Of a stretch of 64,000 nucleotides of DNA, positions 1 to 8,275 are shown piece after piece. The notes below the pieces were generated by a model, which worked only from the letters and a program-made list of their open reading frames with translations, was not told the origin of the DNA and searched no databases. Position numbers and translations under genes: made by a program. Within the stretch, counting starts at the first letter, position 1; each line of letters begins with the position of its first letter. Source of the stretch: Candidatus Niyogibacteria bacterium (lineage in GTDB: Bacteria; Patescibacteriota; Minisyncoccia; HO2-45-28); assembly GCA_016432485.1 (NCBI GenBank), contig CP066691.1, positions 587,538 to 651,537 on the forward strand. The letters run 5' to 3'.

Positions 1-519
1 GATCCGAGCGAGCAGGTCTTTGGCGTCAAATTCTTCGGCCGCGGCAATAGTTGTCGAATACCCGAGGGTGTTGAGGATTCGATTTGCAAGGTCGGCACTT
101 CGGATTGCTGTATTTTCGCGGCAGCAGGCTCAGACGGCTTCACGTGCGAAAAGTTCAGCGGCAGCACGGCTGAAATGTTGCTCAATCGGCACTTCAAGGG
201 CACTATGCGTGCTTCACGAGTTGGCAACTGTGCTCTCGTCGGTCGTGAGGAAGACGACACGCCGAAAGATCCCATGACTCCGTCGATGGATCTCGACACC
301 AAACCAGGAGAAAAGGTGCTTTTCGATAAGCCCAACTCTGGCTATGAGCACGATAGCGCAACTGCCAGGAAGCATCTGAATATCGGTGATACATACACAG
401 TCGAACGTGTCGAGGTCGCAGACTGGTCAAGCGAAGTGTTTCTCAAGGAAGTGCCGGACGTCGGCTTCAATACTACGCATTTCCAGAATGTCCACGAGGC
501 GGCTGCTTCAACAACGTAG
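1..519 (+). CDS. Hypothetical protein, 5'-partial, Cys-rich N-terminal part
   Basis: Frame 1 is open from base 1 (DPSEQVFGVKFFGRGNSC...CKVGTSDCCIF...CEKF) to TAG 519; followed by a terminator. Confidence 0.7.
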   Translation, partial: DPSEQVFGVKFFGRGNSCRIPEGVEDSICKVGTSDCCIFAAAGSDGFTCEKFSGSTAEMLLNRHFKGTMRASRVGNCALVGREEDDTPKDPMTPSMDLDTKPGEKVLFDKPNSGYEHDSATARKHLNIGDTYTVERVEVADWSSEVFLKEVPDVGFNTTHFQNVHEAAASTT

Positions 520-538
520 ACAAACATGGCATCAACAT

Positions 539-577
539 AGTCCTGTCAGGAAAAACCTGACAGGACTTTTTATTTTT
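539..577 (+). terminator. Rho-independent terminator
   Basis: agtcctgtcagg-aaaaa-cctgacaggact followed by T-tract. Confidence 0.8.
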
Positions 578-593
578 AAGGCTTCCACAACAT

Positions 594-770
594 GTTCGAA
601 CCGCTCCAAAAACCGAAAAACTCACTATTTATAATGTAAATCTGAGGCAATGATTCGTAAGTGAAATTCCCTGTATCTTGCTCACGCCAAAATAGCGTAT
701 GTTAGAACCCGCAAAAGTTGTGAAAAGAGAACGGTCTAAGCGTTGCCGAATCGATGAAGTTGAAATTCTG
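594..770 (-). repeat. Conserved tail downstream of tRNA-Gly, copy 1
   Basis: Reverse complement of 664-718 matches 27479-27533 at 51/55 nt. Confidence 0.8.
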
Positions 771-841
771 TGCGAGCGGCGAGAATCGAACTCGCATCCC
801 CTGCTTGGAAGGCAGGTATTTTGCCACTAAACTACGCTCGC
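771..841 (-). tRNA. tRNA-Gly(TCC)
   Basis: Cloverleaf; anticodon arm cctgc-cttccaa-gcagg. Confidence 0.95.
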
Positions 842-939
842 AAATATTTTTAAATTTCAAAACTGCGCTCTGTATTCACGGGATCCTCGCAAAACATAAT
901 CGCTCAAACTGCGTTTTCGCTTCTTGTTTTGCGGGAGAA

Positions 940-970
940 AACTCTTATTCTGCCATTAAACTAATCCCGC
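940..970 (-). pseudogene. Orphan 5' fragment of a tRNA-Gly
   Basis: gcgggattagtttaatggcagaat resembles the 5' end and D-arm of tRNA-Gly at 27356 (gcgggtgtagtttaatggcagaac). Confidence 0.65.
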
Positions 971-1016
971 TACCTGACAAACAATTTAAATCTTAATAAA
1001 AAATCCTTTGAAATAC

Positions 1017-1045
1017 AAACCGCCCCGCAGTTGCGGGGCGGTTTC
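1017..1045. terminator. Bidirectional terminator hairpin
   Basis: aaaccgccccgca-gt-tgcggggcggttt. Confidence 0.7.
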
Positions 1046-1093
1046 AATGACCAAAAGCCAAACTATAAAGGTCAGCTGAATGGCCAGGATGAA

Positions 1094-1204
1094 TTATTGG
1101 TTTTCTCCTTCTGACGGCTGTTGGGCTCCTTCCTCGGCAGGATGAGTTTCCGCGTCGTGCTGTTCCAAGTTATCCACCTCGGTGTTGCATTTTGGACAAT
1201 TCAT
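1094..1204 (-). CDS. 36-aa putative C2H2 zinc-finger microprotein
   Basis: MNCPKCNTEVDNLEQHDAETH + acidic tail; below ORF-track cutoff. Confidence 0.55.
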   Translation of the reverse strand: MNCPKCNTEVDNLEQHDAETHPAEEGAQQPSEGENQ

Positions 1205-1390
1205 AAATAAATATAAATGCGTTTAAACTGGCAATCTATAGAACACCGACCTTTGTCTATCTATTATACTACCTATGGCGAAAAAATCAAGGTTGTGTAA
1301 GGACTTGCCCAAAACAGCTAAGTTTTTGTAAAAAAGATTGAGCCCTCGGACTTCTGTCCGAGGGCTCACCGTTTGCCGGGGTGTTTGTGT

Positions 1391-2224
1391 TCATTGCAAC
1401 CGAAAACCTTGCTGGGCCAACCGATTTTTTATTACCTCCATCATGATAACCCAGCCTAGCCTTTGGGCTTTTGTGAACGAACCTTGGGAGAGTCCCACCA
1501 GCTCGTAGTCGCCGTCCCGAATGGCGATGACCGGCGCCCCGCTGTCGCCGGGGTTGAGGCCATTTGAGACCATGAAGGCATTCCGGGCGACAGAGTTCAC
1601 CAGGGAGACGGCCTGTGGCGCCCTCAGCGAACTCACGATTCCCTCACGGACGTTGACCCCGAAATTCATGGGGTTTCCGATGAGATAGACGAAATTCCCC
1701 ACTTGGAGGTCGTCACTGTTCCCGATGCGATACGGGAAAGACTTCAGGCGGAGCTCCGCGGGAATGCGGAAAAGGGCCACGTCCACGTTCTTATCGGCCA
1801 CCAGCCGCTCGAGCGCATAACTCCGGCCCCCGTGCTCCAGGTAGGTCCGCTCGTCCACTTTCGTGGCCCGCAACGCCACCTCGCCTAATGGCGTGGTGAT
1901 GGCCGCGTTCTCGACGGAAACGACATGCTCCACCGTCAGCAGATACTTCCCGAATAGCGCAATGCCTGTTCCCCTCAGGCTCCGATTCAGGACTTTCCCT
2001 TCCTCCCCCCGGAACTTCACCTCTGTGCGGAGAGAATACAGGGACTCGATGATCCGGGTCAGGTTCATACGCCGCGGATTGACCAGGAAGGTATTGTAGT
2101 CATACTGCCCGTCGTGCATGAAGAGCAACGGCGGGGACGAGGTCGGTGTGGTTGTACTCCGGGCGCCTGTGCACCCCGAAATCACCAATAGAGACGCCAA
2201 AACAACCGAAAACCGTTTGTTCAT
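1391..2224 (-). CDS. Trypsin-like (S1) serine protease, probable lipoprotein
   Basis: Lipobox VISGC; triad motifs TVEHV, DVAL, NPGDSG. Confidence 0.85.
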   Translation of the reverse strand: MNKRFSVVLASLLVISGCTGARSTTTPTSSPPLLFMHDGQYDYNTFLVNPRRMNLTRIIESLYSLRTEVKFRGEEGKVLNRSLRGTGIALFGKYLLTVEHVVSVENAAITTPLGEVALRATKVDERTYLEHGGRSYALERLVADKNVDVALFRIPAELRLKSFPYRIGNSDDLQVGNFVYLIGNPMNFGVNVREGIVSSLRAPQAVSLVNSVARNAFMVSNGLNPGDSGAPVIAIRDGDYELVGLSQGSFTKAQRLGWVIMMEVIKNRLAQQGFRLQ

Positions 2225-2464
2225 GTTCTTTCTCCCCTTTTTCAAGGAACGGAGGACATCCGTTCGGATTGTGAGATTTGATTCTTTGCTCGCCCCTTAA
2301 CAACCTTTAGGTCTGCTTGGGGTAAACAAAAATCCGGCGCCAACTCAAATTCCCTAGCCCAGGAATAGAGTCGACGCCGGATTTTCCGGTTTGCCCTTTT
2401 CTTTTTAGCTTACGTTTCCATTATACTCCTCCCACAGAAAAAGTCAATAGCGTCTTATGTATAG

Positions 2465-2535
2465 TCGGGGTGCCGAGAATTGAACTCGGTCTACCTGCTC
2501 CCAAAGCAGGTGTACTGCCGGTATACTACACCCCG
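2465..2535 (-). tRNA. tRNA-Pro(TGG)
   Basis: Anticodon arm cctgc-tttggga-gcagg. Confidence 0.95.
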
Positions 2536-2552
2536 ATGAATTTTACTGGATA

Positions 2553-3176
2553 TGTTTCACGTTTTACATTTATAAAAGAGGTTAAAGTCCTATGTCATTT
2601 GTAATCCTAATTTTAACCCTTTTAGCCCCAAAATCAAGAAAGACGGCCACGATATTAACTTGCCATTCAATATCATCGTCTATATTTTTTTCTATTAAAT
2701 ATGTCTGGATAGCTCGGGAAAGTCTTTTTAACTTCCAGGGGTGAACATTATCTTCAGGTTCATATTCTTCCCAATCCCGAACCGAGTTCGGAATGGTTTC
2801 ATGTGAAACAGTCTTAACTTCAAAAAAATGAATAATAGAACCTTTTTGGGCTACAATATCTATTTCTCCCCATTTTCTTAAATAATTTCTATCTAAAATC
2901 TTAAATCCGTGTTTCACAAGATGTTTCACACAATATTTTTCTCCAACATCTCCGATTTTTCTTTTTTCAGATGGCATTTTGTTTCACGTTTTACATTTTT
3001 ACTTAGTTTTCTCTAGCGCGATTTATTTATTATTTGCTCGCGCAAATACATTGTCAAGAAAAGGATGCTTTGTTTCACGTTTTACACTATTGGACATTAT
3101 AATAATATCAGACACATCAGTTTTAAATTATGTCCGTTATATATTTATGCAAATAAAAAATGTAAAACGTGAAACA
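2553..3176. promoter_or_regulatory. Cluster of parS-like sites
   Basis: TGTTTCACGTTTTACA at 2553, 2980, 3071 and inverted at 3161; GGTTTCATGTGAAACA at 2795; half sites at 2910, 2922; canonical parS is TGTTTCACGTGAAACA. Confidence 0.7.
2582..2977 (-). CDS. yraN: YraN/UPF0102 family protein
   Basis: GDVGE...LDRNY...GEIDIVA...FFEVKT. Confidence 0.9.
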   Translation of the reverse strand: MPSEKRKIGDVGEKYCVKHLVKHGFKILDRNYLRKWGEIDIVAQKGSIIHFFEVKTVSHETIPNSVRDWEEYEPEDNVHPWKLKRLSRAIQTYLIEKNIDDDIEWQVNIVAVFLDFGAKRVKIRITNDIGL

Positions 3177-3212
3177 AATTTTGTTTTTAACAAGATATGT
3201 AAGTTACGAATG

Positions 3213-3283
3213 TGGACCTGAGGGAAATCGAATCCCTGTCTCCGCAATGCGAATGCGGTGTATTACCACTATACTACAGGCCC
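3213..3283 (-). tRNA. tRNA-Ala(CGC)
   Basis: Anticodon arm ccgca-ttcgcat-tgcgg; G3:U70. Confidence 0.93.
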
Positions 3284-3361
3284 AAAAATCTCGAAGAAAA
3301 ACGGATTTCTATGAGATGGACAAAATTAACTCTAACAAATTTTTGGATAAAATAAAATCGC

Positions 3362-4237
3362 CTAAACTAGGCGATTCCATTTTTTCTCTTTTTGCCGGTG
3401 TTTTACGGCTAGCGTCGGAAACCACGGATAAGCGATAAAAACCGAACCAAAACTGTGAGCAGAGGCGCCGATTTCTTCATTTTTTATTATATCTTCATAA
3501 TCCCAGACAGGCACGATGATCGGAGTATTACAGTAATTCATCAGTTTTTTCGCCATATCCTCATAAAACCATCTGACGATTTTTCCGGAAACCCCTCCGC
3601 CGCCGTATTTTTTAAAATAACCGGAGCCATCGGGAAAAATTAAATTCCAAGGCACCGTGTTGAAAGAAATCGCGGCAACATATCTTTCTGCCTCGCGAGC
3701 AATTCGGCAAAAATTTTGGGCATAAGAGAGTTTGAGTATAATAGGGTGGCGGCAATTTTCGTAAAGCCGGCGGCAAGAGTCAATGGTTGATTCGGCATTT
3801 TCAGTCATTTCTTCTTCGGTGTTGGGACAGCTGGCATTAAGCTCCACCGCGGTCAGGGGGAGGGAATTAAACTCGCGCGTTATAGATGATAATTCAACGC
3901 CATATGAAGCAATTGAGAAAACGACGTCTCGATTAAAATCAATTTTTGCTAAATATTTTGTTTTCCATCCTAAAAAGCCCGGGTTCGGCAGGCCAAGACA
4001 ATTTACAAAACCAACCAGCTCGCCATTTTCATAAATCGGCCTTACTTTAAACCATGGTATTCTGCCGTTTCCTTGGCGTTCGTCCGGCGTTATTGTTTTT
4101 AAAACGACGCAAAAAAGAGACGGATCAAAATATTTCTTCGGCAGGCATTTTTCCCAAGGCCATCCGAGGCCGTCAAAGCCTAGAGAGCCGGAAGAGGCAA
4201 AAAATTCAAATTTTTTATTCCCGAATTTTATAGCCAA
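3362..4237 (-). CDS. pyrD: Dihydroorotate dehydrogenase-like FMN protein
   Basis: ASSG, KTIT, NCLGLPNPG, ELNASCPN, ILKLS, GGVSG motifs of class 1 DHOD. Confidence 0.7.
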   Translation of the reverse strand: MAIKFGNKKFEFFASSGSLGFDGLGWPWEKCLPKKYFDPSLFCVVLKTITPDERQGNGRIPWFKVRPIYENGELVGFVNCLGLPNPGFLGWKTKYLAKIDFNRDVVFSIASYGVELSSITREFNSLPLTAVELNASCPNTEEEMTENAESTIDSCRRLYENCRHPIILKLSYAQNFCRIAREAERYVAAISFNTVPWNLIFPDGSGYFKKYGGGGVSGKIVRWFYEDMAKKLMNYCNTPIIVPVWDYEDIIKNEEIGASAHSFGSVFIAYPWFPTLAVKHRQKEKKWNRLV

Positions 4238-4371
4238 ATTTCGTCTCCGCTTTTAAGAAGATCTCTGATATTTATTTATATCAGAAAACGAAATTTTAGC
4301 AAACGCTTTTTAAAAAATGTTTGTGAGAAATTATCTGGTATTTCTCTTTCCAAAATTTGAAATGTCTAACT

Positions 4372-4470
4372 TGGTCGGGATGCTGGGAATCGAACCCAGT
4401 CTTTGCCTCCTTCGGAGCCACGGACTTCCGCAGGAAGTCCGGAAATTTTTATTGTTGTTTTACGAATCCT
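4372..4470 (-). mobile_element. Mini-element duplicating the 3' half of tRNA-Pro(CGG)
   Basis: 33-bp direct repeat 4374-4406 = 4471-4503; internal hairpins. Confidence 0.75.
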
Positions 4471-4471
4471 G

Positions 4472-4542
4472 TCGGGATGCTGGGAATCGAACCCAGTCTT
4501 TGCGCACCCGAAGCGCACGTACTGCCGGTATACTACATCCCG
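4472..4542 (-). tRNA. tRNA-Pro(CGG)
   Basis: Anticodon arm tgcgc-ttcgggt-gcgca. Confidence 0.95.
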
Positions 4543-4561
4543 CTTTCGCCTTGCTGCAGAT

Positions 4562-6022
4562 TTATTTCACATAATACCTTTGTTTAATTTTACCGACCTC
4601 CTCTTCTTCCAGGCCGATTTTTTTATGTTTGGCTGACTCGCGTAATTTCCCTAATTCTTTCTCCGACACGGCGCAGAGTTTTTTGATTCGGCCTTCGAGG
4701 TAATCTTTGCTGTTTAATTTCGGGTCGTCAAGCACTTCTTCAAGCAAAACATCAAGTATCGCGCCTATTTTAGGACCGGGCTCAAATGCGCAAATCCGCA
4801 TAATGTCGTCGCCTTTGATTTTGAGCATTTTAACCGAGATCGGGTCGCGCTGGACCTTGTCAACCATAAACTGGAAGTGGCGCAGTTTGTAGGGCTCGGC
4901 TTTGGGCACGCCCGACCCCACGCGGTCGCAAATCCGGACTTTAATTAAATCATTCATATCTTCAGCGCCAACTCTCGCTACAAGCCGCCTGACCGAGGAC
5001 TCCGTAACCTCGCCGACATTGTAATAAAAAAGGTGATAGCGCACCAGTTTGGTTACTTTATCAATAAATTTTTTGGGAAAGCGCAGGCGCGACAAAATCG
5101 CGGCAGTCATTTTCGCGCCCACAATTTCATGATTATAAAAAGTTGAATCCTTGCCGTCGCCATGCTTGGTGCGCGGCTTGCCGACATCGTGAAGGAGCGC
5201 TGACATTCTGATATCAAGCGGCCATTTTTCTTTAACCGCTCGGTCAAGCGAGCGCAAATTATGCTCCCAAACGGTGTAAATGTGATGTTTATTTTGAGTA
5301 ACATTCCAGCCCTCTTCAAGTTCGGGCATAACGAATTTCAAAATGCCGAGTTCCCGCATAGCTTCCAAACCTCGCGAGGCATTATCCGATTCAATCGTTT
5401 TTATGAGTTCGTCGCGAATCCGTTCTTTGGATATGAATTCCAGAAGCCCGCGCTTTTCGCGAAGCGCTTCCAGCGTTTTATCTTCAATTGAAAAACCGAG
5501 TTCGGCTTCAAAACGCAGAGCCCGCATAATGCGCAAAGCGTCTTCTCCAAATCTTTCTTCCGGATTGCCGACCGCGCGAATAATTTTATTTTTCAAATCT
5601 TTCTCTCCGCCGAAATGGTCTATCAGTTCTTGGTCTTTAGTTTTTAGTTTCAATGCCAGCGCGTTTATAGTAAAATCCCTGCGCTTCAAATCGTCTTCAA
5701 GTTTGTCGGTGAACTTAACCGCGTCGGGATGGCGTTTGTCGGTGTACTTTTCTTCAATACGATACGGAGTTATTTCAACTACCGCAAGCGTTGGGTCGTC
5801 AGAGCCGGTCTTGACCCCGACTGTTCCGAAATCGTTTTCATAAAAACTATCGGCAGGGAAAATTTTTTGAATTTCTTCCGGCTTGGCGTTTGTGGTTATG
5901 TCCCAATCCTTTGGCGCTCGTCCCAACAGCAAATCTCTTACGCATCCGCCGACCAAATACGCCTCGTATCCGGCGCCCGTAAGCGCCTCGTAAACCTCTT
6001 TAATTTCTTTCGGGATTTTCAT
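4562..6022 (-). CDS. cca: CCA tRNA nucleotidyltransferase with HD domain
   Basis: LVGGCVRD, DWD, RRDFTINA, EDALRIMR, LLHDVGK. Confidence 0.92.
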   Translation of the reverse strand: MKIPKEIKEVYEALTGAGYEAYLVGGCVRDLLLGRAPKDWDITTNAKPEEIQKIFPADSFYENDFGTVGVKTGSDDPTLAVVEITPYRIEEKYTDKRHPDAVKFTDKLEDDLKRRDFTINALALKLKTKDQELIDHFGGEKDLKNKIIRAVGNPEERFGEDALRIMRALRFEAELGFSIEDKTLEALREKRGLLEFISKERIRDELIKTIESDNASRGLEAMRELGILKFVMPELEEGWNVTQNKHHIYTVWEHNLRSLDRAVKEKWPLDIRMSALLHDVGKPRTKHGDGKDSTFYNHEIVGAKMTAAILSRLRFPKKFIDKVTKLVRYHLFYYNVGEVTESSVRRLVARVGAEDMNDLIKVRICDRVGSGVPKAEPYKLRHFQFMVDKVQRDPISVKMLKIKGDDIMRICAFEPGPKIGAILDVLLEEVLDDPKLNSKDYLEGRIKKLCAVSEKELGKLRESAKHKKIGLEEEEVGKIKQRYYVK

Positions 6023-6053
6023 TTATTATCTGTAATAATTTATATTACAAGCG

Positions 6054-6815
6054 CTATTTGATTTTTCTTGCGGCAAAAATAATCGTGGCCGGGATTTTTT
6101 TAGCAAGCATCAGCCATTCGTTGTAATACTTCGTTGAACGAACGGCCGGCTTTGGTTCAAGCATTTTTTCTATAAAAAATTCGTTTTTTGCAAGCGCGTT
6201 GATTATACGTCCCACGGTTCTATGATAAATATAAAACGGAGCTTCTTTTTTTCCGCCGGACATAGTGAAATGAACTTTTCTCTCGGTAATATAATCCAAA
6301 GATTTGTCGCTGCGCTTTTCGCCATCCGAACGCGTCCCCGACCAGACAGGATGATTCAGGCTGAAAATGAATTTTCCGTCCTTTTTTAAAAATCGGCGAA
6401 CCTCGGCGAATAAACGGTTTAAGTCCTTGATATACTGAAACGCGTAATTGGAAACGACTAAATCAAAAGTATTTTTGGGAAAGTCTTTTGTATTTATCTT
6501 ATTTAAATCCTTTTTCAAAAAATTTGCCTTCAGACGCGCTTTTTTCATTCTGTTTTCAGCCAATTCAAGCTGTTTTTCTGAAAAGTCCGCCGCTGTAACT
6601 TTAGCGCCTTGTTTTGCCAGCCACCAAACATCCGGCCCGGAACCGCATCCCAAAACCAAGACCCTCTTGTTTCTTAACGGCGGGAGTAACTTCGCGTCTT
6701 TTTCCCAAGGGCCATAGGGACCCCAAATCAAACCGCGCTTAAAAAGCGGCTCCCATTCTTCAAAAAATGTTTTCGCCGCGGCATCCCAGCTTTTTTCTAA
6801 AATAATTTTAGCCAC
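6054..6815 (-). CDS. Class I SAM-dependent methyltransferase
   Basis: VLVLGCGSG motif I, FDLVVS. Confidence 0.88.
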   Translation of the reverse strand: MAKIILEKSWDAAAKTFFEEWEPLFKRGLIWGPYGPWEKDAKLLPPLRNKRVLVLGCGSGPDVWWLAKQGAKVTAADFSEKQLELAENRMKKARLKANFLKKDLNKINTKDFPKNTFDLVVSNYAFQYIKDLNRLFAEVRRFLKKDGKFIFSLNHPVWSGTRSDGEKRSDKSLDYITERKVHFTMSGGKKEAPFYIYHRTVGRIINALAKNEFFIEKMLEPKPAVRSTKYYNEWLMLAKKIPATIIFAARKIK

Positions 6816-6851
6816 TGATTAATTATACTCTTTTTATGCCATTCGTTTTTC

Positions 6852-6880
6852 TTGACAAAATTATTATTTGGGTGTATAAT
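6852..6880 (+). promoter_or_regulatory. Consensus sigma70 promoter
   Basis: TTGACA-17-TATAAT. Confidence 0.8.
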
Positions 6881-6983
6881 AGAAGATGGTAGAATAAACA
6901 AACGAAGAAAAAAGCCGTCGCGCGGAGCGCGGCGGCTTTTTTCTTTGGTTTCCATCGTTTTTATGGGACAATGGCTGTATTAC

Positions 6984-7056
6984 GCGCCCGTAGCTCAACG
7001 GATAGAGCGCCTGGCTTCGGACCAGGAGGTTGTGGGTTCGAATCCTGCCGGGCGCG
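6984..7056 (+). tRNA. tRNA-Arg(TCG)
   Basis: Anticodon arm cctgg-cttcgga-ccagg. Confidence 0.95.
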
Positions 7057-7307
7057 CCGAAGCGACAGCGAGGCGCGAACGGAGCGAACAAACTGCTTTG
7101 TTCGCGTCAGGATGAGAAGGATTTTCTGATGTCTCTTGACCAGAAAATCCAGGCCCGAAGGGGAATCCTGCCGGGCGCGCCGAAGCGACAGCGAGGCGCG
7201 AACGGAGCGAACAAACTGCTTTGTTCGCGTCAGGATGAGAAGGATTTTCTGATGTTTCTTGACCAGAAAATCCAGGCCCGAAGGGGAATCCTGCCGGGCG
7301 CGCCGAA
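7040..7307 (+). repeat. Tandem 123-bp repeat (2 units plus end) carrying the tRNA-Arg 3' end
   Basis: gaatcctgccgggcgcgccga at 7040, 7163, 7286; units differ by 1 nt. Confidence 0.92.
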
Positions 7308-7391
7308 TCTAGATAAACTACGCGTGTATTGAAAAAATACTGCTTGTGTGTTTATATCGGTTTAGATGGAAATAAGCCAGGAGGGACGACG

Positions 7392-8237
7392 ATGGAGTTG
7401 TTTCTTGACACCTGTGAAATTGAAGAGATAAGAAGGGCGGTCGCGACAGGACATATTTCGGGAGTCACCACGAATCCAACGCTTGCCAAAAAAGCGAACA
7501 GACCGGATTACAAAACGCTCATTCAGGAAATTCGCGATGTTTTTGCCGCAAATAATCTGCCGGCGGCTATAAGCGCCCAGGTAACCGAGAATCAGCCTCC
7601 TGAAATAATGTATAAAGAAGGCATGGATTTTTGGATGATGGATGCTCGAAGAATAGTTGTCCAGGTTCCCGCAACCAGAATCGGCCATAAAGCTATGGAA
7701 AGATTAAAACGGCCCGCGGATCTTGAAGTCAGAACTAACGTCACCCTAATTTTTGATCCGTGGCAGGCGCGCCAAGCAATGCTGGCGAGAGCGGATTTTA
7801 TAAGTCTTTTTCTGGGGAGCAAAGAAAAAGAGGCCATAGATCAATACGTGGCGGATAGAATGTTACAAAAATACGGCAGCACAAACCTCGATTGGCAGGT
7901 TTTTAACAAAAAAATTGCAGAAGAAAATGAAAGATTTTATGAAGAAGAGATCGTGAGAACAGGAACGCCGGAGGATTTTATCTGCAAAACACTCGCTTTG
8001 ATAACACAGATAAGAGACGTGGGCCGTTTCGCGACAAAAATTGTGGCGGCCAGCATAAGAGAAATGAGACACGTAGAAATCGCGAAGTGCCATGGGGCGG
8101 ATATAGCAGCGGTGCCTCCTGAAATTTTTTGGGAATTATACGCGGAAGGATTTAAACTTCTTGATAAAGACGACCTCGGTCTTACTCTTAAAGGAGTTGA
8201 AAGATTTTTGGAAGACAGGAAATTTTTAATCTCGTAA
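7392..8237 (+). CDS. Transaldolase/FSA-family protein, divergent
   Basis: LFLDT, GVTTNP, NVTLIF, IVAASIR; the Schiff-base Lys position reads IVVQVP. Confidence 0.8.
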   Translation: MELFLDTCEIEEIRRAVATGHISGVTTNPTLAKKANRPDYKTLIQEIRDVFAANNLPAAISAQVTENQPPEIMYKEGMDFWMMDARRIVVQVPATRIGHKAMERLKRPADLEVRTNVTLIFDPWQARQAMLARADFISLFLGSKEKEAIDQYVADRMLQKYGSTNLDWQVFNKKIAEENERFYEEEIVRTGTPEDFICKTLALITQIRDVGRFATKIVAASIREMRHVEIAKCHGADIAAVPPEIFWELYAEGFKLLDKDDLGLTLKGVERFLEDRKFLIS

Positions 8238-8275
8238 TCTTTCGCGCAGCTTGGCGGTCCGACCGCCAAGTTTTT

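Noticed and set aside
2330-2410. c-di-GMP-I riboswitch in the protease leader
   Set aside because: GGGCAAACC is present on the minus strand but the following GCAAAG and P3 elements are missing; only a long terminator-like hairpin is supported.
7040-7307. CRISPR array
   Set aside because: The intervening sequences are near-identical, the repeat is a tRNA end, and no cas genes are present.
7030-7332. ORFs over tRNAs and repeats (also 754-996, 37573-37940, 38425-38738, 42440-42724, 62494-62925)
   Set aside because: Shadow translations of tRNA or repeat DNA.
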